Counted from the stretch's first letter, positions 37,688-51,145 are shown. The stretch: 64,000 bases of DNA from Squalus acanthias (GCA_030390025.1 CM059440.1:22878001-22942000), one strand, 5' to 3'. The notes: generated from the sequence alone by a model not told the origin. Translations and numbers: made by a program.

Positions 37688-38148
37688 AGAAAGAAAGATT
37701 TGCATTTATATAGTGCCTTTCACAACCTCAGGGTGACTCAAAGTGCTTTACAGCCAAATAAGTACAGTACTTTTAAAGTGTGGTCACTGCTATAATGTAG
37801 GACAGCCAATTTGCACACAGCAAGCTCCCACAAACCGCAATATGACAATGACCAGATGATCTGTTTTTTAGTGATGTTGGTTGAGGAATAAATATTGGCC
37901 AGGACACCAGGGAGAACTCCCCTGCTCTAAGAAATAGTTCCATGGGCTCTTTTACATCCACCAGATAGGGCAGACGGGGTTTTGGTTTAATGTCTCATCT
38001 GAAAGAGTGCTGCACCTTTAACAGTGCAGCACTCCCTCAATACTGCACTGGAGTGTCAGCCTAGATTTTGTGCTCATATCTCTGGAGTGGGGCTTGAACC
38101 CACAACCTTCTGACTCAGATGAGAGTGCACTACCACTAAGCCACGGCT
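37688..38148 (-). mobile_element. Near full-length SacSINE1-like Deu-SINE
   Basis: Colinear with the reverse complement of 20698-21150. Confidence 0.88.
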
Positions 38149-39349
38149 AAACACACAAGTTTAGCTTGGTGTTTGTTGGGACAGTGTAGTGTGAGCTTTG
38201 CAATAACCTGCAGTGCTTGACCTGTGACAGGGTAGAAGGAGGTGAGAATTACTGCTGACATTTTTCTACCCCCGTGACTGTGATCTCTTGAGAAACGGGA
38301 AACCAAGGTCAAGGAGAAGGCAAAGGAAATGGCTCGTTTATAGTCATTCCAGAAAGACACCATGGACTACAAGGCCAAACAGGTGAGTACCTGGAATGCA
38401 ACAGAATCAGCAACAAGTTTGACGGGACCATGCAGATCAAGTTTTACTCGGCATCTAATCTGTGCTGTACCTGACCTGGGACAATATAAAAGTAGCTAAA
38501 GTTACTTGGTGAATTACTAACCTGGCGTACAGGTATCCCCAGAAGAAGGGACTGAAACACAGCCAAAGTAGAGCAATCTTCCTGAGGAACGGACTGAGAA
38601 ACCTGTACAGATATAACTGAGAAACAAAATTTACTAAACAGTAGTAAACAATCTTTCACTATTTTGATTACCTGTTAGATCCTCTGGAATGAAAAAAGTC
38701 AAAATTTTTCTGATGCTATCATAACCATTATTCCTAAATTTCACCACTGAGCCTTTGCAGGTCTGTTTCCAAGGCTCAAATACCCTTGCACAAGATACCC
38801 AGAATACCGAAACTGTGACTTAACCATTATTTTTACAAATTTAACATAAAAATTCTCATTTAGCTTTTTATGGCCTTTGCTACTTGTACTCCAGTCTTAA
38901 AGAACCTCTGTTCCTGCACTCTATTAAGGATCTTAACATTTAAGGCATACTTCCTTTTACTTCCCTCCAAAATGTACTACTCCACATTTCGCTGCATTGA
39001 ATTACTGATTCTGCCCACTCTAACCTGTCTATGGTCGCCTGCAATCTCCCTCATTCTTGCTCACAATTTGCCAGGTCACTAATTTGGTTTCACCAGCAAA
39101 CTTCAAATTAATTTCTACTTCTGCCCATGTTCAAATTATTTATGTAAATGGCAAACAAGAGAGTTCTCGGCACAGATCGCAGGGGAGGAACACCACTACC
39201 CACATTCCACCAATCCAACTATCCCTACACTCTGCTTCCTGCCACCACCACAGACATCTGGCAGTGACCTCAAAAGGGTAACGATGGGATGCGGAGGAGA
39301 CAGAATGGAGAAAAATCTGGTACAAAAGGGATCAGCTGCACCACTTGTT

Positions 39350-41137
39350 TCATTTGTGATAAAGAATTTATTGATTTTAAAAACTGAAACACATCAGAAC
39401 ATAAACCTACTGTATATTGAAGTCAACTTTTTTCTTTAAAGTTCAAAATACATCTTTCCGGGCAAAGTTCATTAACATCATTTAGGTTGAGGTTTGTAGC
39501 TTTACTCATACTTTAATAGGGGAAAAAATCTTTAATTTTAATAATCTTGTGGATGATGTGGAGAGGCCTTGCAAAGTAATAACTTTTATGCTTGTCAGTT
39601 TAATGAATTTGCATTGTTTTTCCATTGTTCAGTTTTCAATAATTGCAAAATACAAAGTCACCAACACTTTCTCAATTCCAATGCAGTTTTCAAGAAACAC
39701 ACTTTTTCAAAGGCTTGACAAATATTTTGTACATTATAAAGTAGAACTGTAGAAACTTAATGAATGACAGACATTTCCCTACTCAATACGTTCAGAATAA
39801 AATTGTGGACTTTATGCTTACGGTGACATCAGTCTCTTCGTGGGAAATAAGTAACAACGTATTCTGGAAGATTGAGTCTTTTTCAATGACTTTAAAGACA
39901 AGCGATGATATTACTAAGATATCCTGTAAATTTTATTGAGTGTCAATTTACAAAGCAGTCATTGCTATTCCGCACAACATGCTCATTTCAGATTTATAGC
40001 CGAGTGGGACAGGTGTAGCTATATTCAGGGAATTATTTTAATTTGGCAAAATGACACTGTGTGTTCTTCAGTCAAGTGAAAATCTAGTCTAACTTCTATT
40101 GCTTGTTAGAAATGACATTTAACAGTATTCCAAATATCCTATTTTAACATTTAATGCCACCCATAAAACTAGGATGAGGCATTGCAAAGATCTTGCCATT
40201 AACAGTTTGCAATTGTGTTAACTGCTAAGCCCATCAAAATTTTATACAGGTTTTTTTTTGTTGGAAAAATGTACTGCAAAATTCTAAAGATATTGTGTAA
40301 GAGGAAAGACAAACCAGAAATAACTGATTAAGCAGCAAATTATTGTCCATTACAGTATTGCTTCCAGCGATACAAGTGGTGCATTTTGAGCATCTTTTCC
40401 TTTATGGAGATAAATTACAAAAAAGAAAACTCATTTATAAATTATGGTTTCTGTAACGGTTTTGCCAAAGGGTTACCCATAAAACCTAATGAGGAAAAGC
40501 CTGTAATTAGTTTGTAGGAATGTGCACAAGGTCTCGATTTCTCATGTGGTCACTTATTTTACACTGGACGACCAACGTGGCACTCTCACCTTTCCCAATT
40601 TTGCTAAAACAAAAAGAAGCACTTTTTAAAAAGTTATTTTAAGTCCACACCCAGTTTTATCCTGCTTAGCGTTTAATTTTTGTATTTTATTCCAGAAATG
40701 CTTCCAATATATTCTAAATACAACAGTAATATAAATACATTAAAAAGTCATATTTATGTTGGGGTATAGATTTTTAATCATTCTGAAGTAAACAATTAAA
40801 ATCTGAAAATGCTGCTGCAAAACACGCCCCTTTTTAGAAATAGCACTAGTTTCAGATTCACCATAATTAAGAGGCATAATATTGGTCACCCACTGTAAAA
40901 TATGTGTGACCAGCACAGTAAATCTGAACCTTCTGCATATTCTTGAACTATGTTAGCTCCGTTGATCCATACATCTGTGAAAGAAAACCATAGGCTCTAG
41001 TTGGTCACTTTTTGTACATATACAAATGTAATTTCAATTACATCACTCCAGTCTTACTCTTCCCCTTTCTGCAACGTTTCCCCAAAAGGAGTCCGATTTG
41101 CTTGCAAGATTGCAATGATTTGGTCTCTTCAGCAGCT
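39350..41137 (-). other. UBE2J2: Probable UBE2J2 3' UTR with polyadenylation signals
   Basis: About 1.8 kb of AT-rich sequence with no recognisable repeats, directly after the stop. Minus-strand AATAAA at 40686-40691, 39932-39937 and 39367-39372. Confidence 0.6.
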
Positions 41138-41416
41138 TTATTCCTGTGCTATGCTTCGTAACACATACTTCACTGTGTAGGCAAAGGCTGCAAAACCAAC
41201 AATGACGAACAAGTTTGCTAAAGCTCCCCCTAGGAGTCCATGGTTTCGGTTGGCCTGTTGAAGGCCTTGGTGGTTGGCAGCTGGTAGCACTGCATGGCCA
41301 TTAAGAAGCGGCATACCATTCTGGTGCACTTCACCATCAGGGATAACATCTGGTAGAGGCAGGGCCTGAGCCCTGTTACTTAGTTCTTCTTGTGCTCGTT
41401 GCTTTTCTTTTATTTC
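41138..41416 (-). CDS. UBE2J2: UBE2J2 last coding exon with C-terminal transmembrane tail anchor
   Basis: AG at 41417-41418. EIKEKQRAQEELSNRAQALPLPDVIPDGEVHQNG...GLLGGALANLFVIVGFAAFAYTVKYVLRSIAQE*, matching the vertebrate UBE2J2 C-terminus as I recall it. Confidence 0.97.
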   Translation of the reverse strand, partial: EIKEKQRAQEELSNRAQALPLPDVIPDGEVHQNGMPLLNGHAVLPAANHQGLQQANRNHGLLGGALANLFVIVGFAAFAYTVKYVLRSIAQE

Positions 41417-42569
41417 CTAGAGGCATGAGAGAATAAAACTAATGTCATTAAATCTATTTTGTTTGAAACCTCCTGGTTTCTTCTTTTCCTTATATTCTGT
41501 CCCTTCAATCCTAACCTCATGAATCTTCATCCCAGAAAAATATTGACCTAGAACTCTCTACACAAGGTGACCGATGACACTGTGGAGTGATAATGGTGTT
41601 ACGACCCATTAGAAACCCTTTAGTTCAACAAACTTCAGTATAGCACGAGGGAACAGAAAGCAACTGCAAACTTTTGACTGCAAGGTATGCTCAAACTCCA
41701 CTCTCTTTTAACACAAGACTCCTGCTCAAGAGTATTGTTTCAATGTTGCGGCCTGTACTTAACCCTTAAGGACATCTTAAATTCCTCGTACGTGGAATAA
41801 TCTTTAACCACTTTTCTACTGGCACCTGCGTAGATTACATTCCAAGAGACCAGCAATTCATGAGCTGCCTCCTGGCATTTATATTACTAAATCGGACTCC
41901 TTTATCCTGGTGGCAGAATCATAGACTGACAGAAAAACGTGTCAACGATTCTGCTGAAGTAAGGAAGACAGATTTAGTGTAGACGTTGGGAGCCGCTCAC
42001 CAATGCCAGCCTCACAAGTGTTAGTAGAAAACTGGCTACAGCTCACCCGCCCAATATTTATCCTTCCTATAATTAGGTGGCCAGAACACCCCATAGAACT
42101 CCAGATGCAGGACTAACCAACATCATATACAGCAACACAATCTCTTATGATGTGTACTCTATCCTTCTATTAAAGTGATGCTGTAGTTTATTCACCTTTA
42201 TTTACTGAAGCTAAACATTATGATGGTTTCATAGATTTATCTACAATGATCTCTTTCCTGATCAACATGCACCACCCCCGTTCTATTTAATAGCTACTCC
42301 CTCTTCTGATTTTTACTTCCATTCTAAAAATTCTTTTGTACCCAGTCACACTAAATGAAACTTGCTTTGACTTGCCCAGTCAACTGAAGGATCCAAATGC
42401 TTCTGAATCTGGTTTCATTGTTTCTCATTATTACCGCTGCCTATTTTGATATCTGCAGGCACAAGATTTTGCTTGCAATACGATTGGCCGGCTCATTTTT
42501 ATACATTCTAAAATAAAATAGCAAGTGCCCAAGATGGTCGATACAACTTGACTGCTTATGAACACTTAC

Positions 42570-42650
42570 CTCCACTAAATCTGGGAAGAGCTCACAAAAC
42601 ACTTTATCCTTTAGATTAAAAGCACTGCTTTGGGCAGCAAGTTGTCTTTT
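42570..42650 (-). CDS. UBE2J2: UBE2J2 coding exon (81 nt)
   Basis: CAG acceptor and GTAAGT donor. KRQLAAQSSAFNLKDKVFCELFPDLVE; phase 0/0. Not in the ORF track. Confidence 0.95.
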
Positions 42651-43049
42651 CTGCCAAGAAGTAAAGATTCAAAATATTAGCATTACTTTCAATTCATTCA
42701 AGGATCAGTATAAGCTGCCCCTAGACAATTTTAAATGAATAATTTTGCCAATTAAAATAAAACACCAGCATATATTATCAAAACAAATTCACAAGTGACC
42801 TTTCAAAGACTGCAGTAAAATCTTTGCATCAAAAGCTCATTTTTATTATGGAATGCACGATTCAGTACAAGTTATTATCTATTAAATCTTAAAAATGATG
42901 GGTGGTCTTCAGATTCTAATGGCACTGCCCCAGTAGGTGGCAGTACAAGCAGAAACAAGTCATGACCAATTGATTACAACAGGGTTGAACCAAATGTTGT
43001 GCGATGGCCCCTCAAATGAGCGGTCAGAACAATCAGTCACTTGGATAAA

Positions 43050-43462
43050 AAGATCCCCCCCCTCCCCACAGCTAAATTTCAGCCCTGAACACCCCCTCCC
43101 CACACTGAGCAAGCTTTCTCCGCTTCAACTACCTCCCCACTGTGCAGGTTTTCACCCCACAACCCCCACTGAGCACATTTTTAGCTCTCATTTCCCCCCG
43201 AACACCGAGCAAGATTTTGACCCTTAGCCCCCAACTGACTCAGATTTCAGCCCCAATATCCCCCCGCCCCACAGAGCATGTAATAAGCCCTTATGCCCCA
43301 CCAGCGAACTGTTTTCAGCCTGCACTCCCCCCGCCTCCACACACAGTGCTAGATTGTGGCCCTCAAATCCCATTGCCCCCACTAAGCAAGATTGTTTGAC
43401 CCATAACCCCCTCTCTCCACCCCCCCCCCCTCAGCCCCCTTCTTCTCCCCTTTCTCCCACCC
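43050..43462. repeat. Degenerate C-rich minisatellite, about 30-38 bp units
   Basis: Recurrent CCCCACTGAGCAAGATTTT(C/G)A(G/C)CCC-like unit, about 10 copies. Confidence 0.7.
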
Positions 43463-44530
43463 TCTAACAGTACTTGACATAAAAATTCAAATTGGTCTCG
43501 ACTACACATGTGCAACTAGTGTTATATTCAACATTATGTTTTGGGGACATTTTAGAACATGCAATGGAAACTGGTCTCACAAATGAACGAAGCACCAAGT
43601 GCATCAAGGTTTAAAAAAAGGCAAATAGAGAGGGAACTTTGCACCATCCCAAAGAATCAGGAGGACAATACTGGCAGCAGATAATCCAACATTTCTCCTT
43701 ACTCAAACTCACAAACAAATGCATCATGCTGAAGTAGTACAGAAAGAGAGCTGGAAAGCTGAAGAAGAGGGAAGTTTAGAACACAATACAACAATTAGAC
43801 CTTTATCTCAAGTTATTAAAACCAAGAGGATATCCTTGTGAAAAAGTGAATGTTTTGTGAAAATACGGAAATTTCACCACACAGAGCGTATTGAGAAATG
43901 TTCATATACTGGCCCTAACAGTGCCACAGCATGAGCAGAACAAGCTTTTACTATACCTAGTGAAACAACTAGCTAATAGACATAGGTACAGTCTAGTGCC
44001 CAGTTTCAAGGACATTAGCCTACTCCTACTTTCGTGAAAGAAACGAATGTGTTCTTACATTACTGCGGTGTCATCAATTCCCAATGCTCAGGTCTCCTGC
44101 AGTCAATGACACTTGCCGCCACATGACCAATGGCTACAGAGGTCTACTTTTCAGCTGGTCCCCCTCATCTCCCACCAGTACTATGACCCCCAGTCAGCCT
44201 TGTAAACACCGAATTGTTCAGCACACCAGCATGCTTATGGCACGATGCAATGGGGAACTAGGTATCCGCCCTACACAGAAGTCGGAATTAGCTAATTTTG
44301 TAAACACAGGCAGCAGCGCATGTATATGTCATTCTCCTGAGACGTAGACCCCAAGTGAAGATAAAACTACCGTAAGACGTTGTGAAGCCGAGGTTCAAAT
44401 TGGTTTGACACATGTAGAAAACATGATTCAGACCCCAGGTAGGCATTACTGGCTACAGAAATGTAATGCTCCCAATACCTTTCAGGTAACTGGATACCAG
44501 TGAATGTTCACCAACTAAACAGAGGTGGGT

Positions 44531-44622
44531 CAAGGGTCATCAACCTGAAACGTTAACTCTGTTTCTCTCTCCACAGATGCTGCCTGACCTGCTGAGTATT
44601 TCCAGCATTTTCTGTTTTTATT
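44531..44622 (+). mobile_element. Short Penelope-terminal-repeat insertion with 13-bp TSD
   Basis: AACAGAGGTGGGT at 44518-44530 and 44623-44635; body matches 3969-4060. Confidence 0.9.
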
Positions 44623-44752
44623 AACAGAGGTGGGTAATTGGCTGCAATGGCTGTCACATAAACTCTTAACAAACCAGGTGATAGACAATTAGTTAGTAAA
44701 TACTACCAATAAGTGTGGATGGAGTTACTGTAATTGCTTGATCTGCTTGAAT

Positions 44753-45072
44753 GGGCAACACGGTGGCATAGTGGTTGGCACTGTTGCCTCACAGCGCCAG
44801 GGACCCGGGTTCGAATCCGGCCTCAGATGACTGTCTGTGTGGAGTTTGCACATTCTCCCCGTGTCTGCGTGGGTTTCCTCCGGGTGCTCCGGTTTCCTCC
44901 CACAGTCCAAAAGATGTGCGGGTTAGGTTGATTTGGCTATGATAAATTGACCCTTAGTGTTAGGGGGATTAAATACGTGGGGTTACGGGGATAGGGTGGG
45001 ATATGTGTCGGTGCAGGCTCGATGGGCCGAAATGGCCTCTATCTGCACTGTAGGGATTCTGTGATTCTGTGA
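44753..45072 (+). mobile_element. HE1-like V-SINE, full length
   Basis: A box TGGCATAGTGG, B box GGTTCGAATCC, V domain TGTGGAGTTTGCACATTCTCCCCGTGTCTGCGTGGGTTTCCTCCGGGTGCTCCGG, and CR1-type tail (GATTCTGT)n. Confidence 0.92.
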
Positions 45073-47597
45073 ATCTGGTGAATAATCATGGGCAGCAAAG
45101 GAAAAACTAGCAAGGCAGAAGAGAATTGCGCCCATGCAATGAATATCTTGGCACCTGCAATCACTTGTTTTGAAAACTAGCAATAGATAATCCCGTACAT
45201 CAAAGATAATCTGGGGTGTCTCCAGGTGAATTGTGCACTTGCATGGTTGGACCGTACGCCTGTTCAAGATATCAGCTATGACATTCTGTGCCCCCACAAG
45301 GCTTTGTGCAGGATGATGGTTGTATGCTAATAATTAGTGCCACATTTGCACAATGTTGAGTCACGTCCAGCACAACCCACACAAATGGTGTTGTCTGTCC
45401 AGACAATCGGTGTCCTTTTACATTTGGGCAAATGTTTCTTGAATGTGGCACATTAGCGCAAGCAATGCTTTAGTTACCATGGAGGAGCTTGTAGCTCCTA
45501 TTCAGTATACTGGTCTCAACACTATCAATCGAGGTATTTGCTAGCTCCTGATACAATGGAGTGCATAGTGTGTTTTGGGGTCTACTTTATTTACATTGGC
45601 ACATATGCTTTCCCAAACATTTTTAGTGCATGTCTACATTGGTGGCCAGATAACAAAACTTGGTTGATAAATCCACTAAGCCCAAGAGTGTGTCCTCACT
45701 TGTGGTAAAGCTTCTTGAACAGAAAGACACACACTTGAGAGCAGATCTAAATATCAAATAAAATGCAGTAAGATCCCAGAATCTCGGGAATGGGACATTT
45801 CCCTATGCTGTCCAACTAAAAACTTACGGCTTTCCTCAAAAATCTCAGATTCAAATGTACGGACTATTTTTAACTGCCATCTGCTTTTACTAACGATTGG
45901 AGCGTGGCTGAGTGGATTCAATCAATGCTGGCACCTGGTGGCAATAGAATGCTGTTAAAACAGTTGAATCATTGACTACTGCCTTGGCTAAAGACTTGAT
46001 CAGTATCAGTACCAACAGCAGCAAAAGAGATCTTGCAAAGCTGTGGAAATGCAGTCAAAGCTTTACATTTCAGAAGCTTCGAAAGGAAGGATACTTTTGT
46101 CATCGACTAGCATTTATGGGAATAGCATTCTGAAAACTCATGGTTTCAGCAAGTGAGAAAGAAATAGATTCAAACTCCACCAATGATTCAGTATCAACTC
46201 GCACAAGAGTGCAGCTAGTGAGACTGATAGTTAGCCAATGTTCTTCAAACGAGTTTGCATCAATTTCAACACTTGTCAGCGTAATGAATTTTACTAATGT
46301 TCCAGTGCCAGAAGACATTAGAGCAAAATTAGTTTGCAAAGTCAGCGCTTGAATTGGAGCAGGTTATCCAACTCCCAGAGGGCCTCCAATGCCTCCTCCC
46401 TGGCTTTGAACTCATACAGAACACAACTCAACTGACGGTGTTGCTTTGATGCATTCTTGGGACTCTGTACGAGTTAGAGGTCTACTTCTTTGGCAAGCTA
46501 ACAACAGAAGCATCTCTGAATCTACTAAATGAAATCATCCAAGCTAGCAAGATCTCTTTCCAGTACATTGAATGGTCACAATAAGCCCAGCTGTAAAACT
46601 TGGAACAGGTTGCACACCTCGACAGATCATGTGATGTCGGCAGACAAAATTTTTGGAAAGATTACGTGGCAAGATGAACAGATTTTAAAAGCAAGCACTG
46701 ACAGCAACTGAAGCAAAACAAATCACAACCATTGAACTTAAATATCAACATCAATATTCTGAAACCAGAAACTTCAAAAATGTTAACCTTTACAAATAAA
46801 TAGCAAACGGTAACGTCTATTAAAACGACTAAATGTGTTAAGATACAAAACACTGAAGATTAGCTTGTTTTCCCAGTATACTGATAACAGAACAAACTGC
46901 TCCCAGTGACCGAAAGAATTCATATTTTCAGAATGCGGCCCGAAATACCGAAGTGAAAAGTGGTCAATATAACTCCCATATGGTACCAAACTCAAATAGT
47001 GCCGAGGGGCCCTCGGCCCACTTGTATGTCAGCCCAATGCGTTTGTAAATGGAGACTGATTAATAAGGAAGAATCAAAAGGAGCACAAAACAAGTTATCA
47101 GGTGATTTTAGAAACCACACATTTTAACAAAGACAAAGGTTACACAGAGCTGGAAAAAGAGTGAAAGAGTAGTTATTTATCCTTCTTTGCTCCGTTCAAA
47201 AAAGGTTCCACGGGGCACTAGCTTTAGTAGTTGAGCACTTGATTTCAAAACAGAAAATAGCACGGTAGAGTTCCAGAAGTGCCCGTTATCTAAATTCACT
47301 TGCTTTAGTCAGTGAGTTGTTGGTCTTTGCCCAGATCACCAAATCAAAAAGCCACTCCAATTGAACTGCACCTTCCACTGGCTGGTGAGAGTTATGATCA
47401 ATACACATGGAGAAATTAGACAGAGACAATCCTAACCTCCTGATGTAGGAGAATGGGAGACTAGAAGAAAAGAAAGTGGAGTGGAGGAGGATAAAAATAC
47501 AATTTGAAAGGCGCGCTCTTCATTCAGTTCAAACCTCAAAAAACCTACATGATGATAATGAAAGCCTTCTCTTTAGTAATGAATGGAAGGAACTCAC

Positions 47598-47736
47598 TGT
47601 ATATTCTGAAGTTTCAATACTGCCCAATGTAGGCCCTTTCTCCACCATGAAGCTAAGGAGACCCGTCAGGATTGTAGAGACAGACCAGGCTGGGTTCCAG
47701 GTATCTGGATGGAAATCAGTGATTGAAAGACATAAC
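47598..47736 (-). CDS. UBE2J2: UBE2J2 exon containing the catalytic Cys (139 nt)
   Basis: CAG/GTGAGT. (R)LCLSITDFHPDTWNPAWSVSTILTGLLSFMVEKGPTLGSIETSEYT. Confidence 0.97.
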
Positions 47737-50700
47737 CTGCAAGAAAAGGTCTTCACTAAAATTATGGTTCTTTTTTCGACGAGGTTTATGCAACTCCTCA
47801 AATCACTTAGCCCACAGATATCCCACATCAATGAACTGGTAAATAGCATTCACACTCCGTGTATTTTAGGCAATTTATCAAAAATATATTTCTCTTTGGG
47901 ACTCTCAATCTATACAATTTAACGGTATTAATTTTAAGGCAATACTTAACAATGTGGCTGGATGTCAGCCTATGATATCTCACATAGTGTGATCCGGATC
48001 TCAGGCGGGGCCTCAGAGAGGCAAGGATGTGACTCCGGACAAGGAGGGAAGAGAGCGGCTCTTCAGCATCCCCCTGTGACCAGTTACGGAGCATTAGCAA
48101 AGTTCTGGAAGATCAACTATAAAGCTTTGATTGAGCAAAGGTGTACTGGATTTTGAGGGAGGAATAGAATGGAAGATGTAGGAACTAAAAATGCAGAAAA
48201 TAAATAATGTAAGATTTTAATGGATGTAACGTTTAGAAATTCCTTGTGCCACAACAGAAATTCTTCATATAAGACTTTCAGTAGGTCAGCTCAAAGAAAA
48301 TGCATTAAAGATTCTTACACAGTACAAAAGCACTTAAATACAAGTTTTAATTAAATGATTTTAAACATGTAGCTTTTGGTAAACTTCACGTTTGTGTTGT
48401 CTCTGGCGAAAATACACAAGTTCACACATCCTTTGCAAAATGCATAGATCTCCAGATTATAAATTTATGGCGCACCTGTCACATACAACCATTACTTAAA
48501 CATATAACAATTATATAGATGACTATCCAAAGACAGTTTTTGTGCTGCCATCGGGTTATTAGTTATTTTTGCAAAGTCGGGTGGCTGGAAACAAATTACC
48601 AAATTGCTGACTAAAGGCATCAATCACATTATGAAACTACAGAATTACCATTTCTGCAACAAGCTATTTACAAGAGATGTTCCAAAAATAGCAAGAGAAA
48701 TTGTCTCTGAATGGATATGGGTACAAGAGGAAAATGAAAAACAGTGAAATCTCAATACATCAAAGTCTAAGTGGCTGGCAAAAAGACTTGGGAAATATTA
48801 AGACACCACCAGACATGCAAATGTGGATCAAGGAATTATATGATCAATCAGTGGGTCTGCAAAATAAACCCCCTAATGAGCCTTGATTTTTGGGGGGAAA
48901 ATGACATTACAGCTTGACTTCTAGCTTTGTAATAAATGCAGAGTATACCATTCAGGAAAAATCAGCAGGAAGCCTGCCACTATTTGGCTGTTTTTTTTTT
49001 ATTAAAAAAATCAGCAGCACACAGCATGCTACTCACAACAGGTAACATTGTCACATTAGCACAAGAATAGTCATTTCGGTTTACATCGATCAAAAATGAA
49101 AGCAATTTATAATCTTGATTAAAGCAATTACAAAGTGTGTTCAAAGGTACAGACTTTTTTTTTTTAAGATAAGCCAGTAAGTTGAAAACGTCAAATGATA
49201 CAACAGTTGGGTATAAAAACCTCGACTCCTTTCAAACCGATTTCAAAAGGATAAATGTTTCAAACCTTTAATAATGCTCATAAGTTGAAACACACACCTG
49301 TGAGAAAAAGTTCATGTCCAGTCAGATAGTCAGTGTGTTCCACTGGCCTCAGCTCATCAATTGCGGAAAAGCATAAAACATTCTATATCTTGTTTCACTT
49401 TTCTATTCTTTCTTCCCATTTCCAATTTATTTTCTCCCCCAACTTTAGCTGCCTCTCCCCTTCATTCCACACACCAAACACCAGCCAAGAGTGAGGCCTC
49501 TGTCATTGCTGCCCTATAGTAAGCCAGTGGGAGGTGTGCACAACGACACCTCGGAATGACTTGCCCTCCCAGGTCCTTTCCTGCTGGGAGGAAAGGGATT
49601 CATCTACACCCTGCGCCTCTCAGTAGCTTAACTGAGATTAGGAATGGCCCGTGTTAGGCCGCTGACTGGGGTTCAATGACAGATCGGAAATCTGTCTGGC
49701 TTCAAATAATAAAGGAATCTTTTTAATATTCTTTATGGGATTTTGGTAGCTAGCCAGCTAGGGATGACTTTAAGTTGCTTACTGCTTGTTGGGATCAGCC
49801 TGTCTGTAAGTATAATGAATTCACATTGCTGGCTGGTACATCACTTCAGAGACAGACGAGTTACCTCAGCTAGATAGACTAACTGATGAATGGTAGACAG
49901 AGGCGTTAGAAACAATTAATATTGTTTACCAGGCTGTGAGAAGGAGACAGCTAATCGTTTACGGGATTGCTGGCCGACTGAGGAAAAAACTATCACTCCC
50001 TGTAGGCAACTTGTTTTGTTTCACGAGCTAAATATTATTAGGAAAACCTGTCAGGCAGACTGTGTGGCTTTAAAACCCATTTGTGATTTGACACCTGTGT
50101 TTTTTTGAGTGCGGAAGACACTTGATCTTACTGTGACTGAATTGAGACTTCCAAATAAAGAAACGGCTTACTTCGGGTCCCAAACCAAGGTTTGTTTAAT
50201 GAATTTCTGCTTTGCCAAACATTGACAAGCTGGGACTAGTCAAACGCTCTGAATATTTAAGTTGACATATGAGCTTTTCCTCACAGATGTGTGTTCCAAC
50301 TTAGATGCATTATTAACCTTTTGAAACATTTATCGTTTTAAAATAGATTTGCAGTGCTGGGGAGAAATTATTTTACTGTGATCTAGTCAAATCTGCTGTT
50401 TGCTCTTGCTCCTGCTTGATTTTAATAAACTTGATTTATAGCTTAGAGCCTGGGAAATACGGTCCGTCAGAAAGAGCAGGAGAATATGAGGCCTCTTCCA
50501 GTCAGCCTATCAGCAGCAAAAGGTGTTTATCGCCACCGCGAACATGTTATATTATCGGATACTTTCCAGGTAAGGAAACGCTTCGGTTCATTGGAAGCAA
50601 GGGCTTGCTTATGGAGCGGATTTTTGTGTTGAGCATGGGGGAGAGAGTGCCTGAATTGTAACACGGACATCTTCTGTGGCTGATGAAAAAAAATGATGTT

Positions 50701-51145
50701 TTGCAAGAACTCCTTTCATGCTCCTGGTGAGCCTTGACAAAAAGTATTACATACCCTTCTAGTCATTCAAATGAATGTTCAAAAGTTGCAAATATTTCTA
50801 GCATCTCTGGTTAGGGGATAGTTAAACAGTTTAGCCTTTGGACTTGCACCAATTTTGAAACCATTATCTGAATTGTTGCTTTTTAATGCCTCCTTGAGAT
50901 TGGCGCAGACAATTTTGTCGGGTTTGAGGACAGGTATGTGCCAGAAACTGGAAACGCTAGATTCATTTTTGCCTAAACACAGCAAATGTAAATGCTAGAT
51001 CAATGTGAATAACCTGAGGTGAAGGCTGTAGGAAGGGAAAAACCGTTGACAGCAGAATCTTTTATGCTACTGTACGCTACAAGTTCTCTTACTTTCACAT
51101 TCACATGACTAATGAAAAGCTGAAATCATATACAAAATCTCTCAC

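Noticed and set aside
47476-47922. 148-aa plus-strand ORF overlapping a UBE2J2 exon
   Set aside because: Antisense shadow of a coding exon; no recognisable domain.
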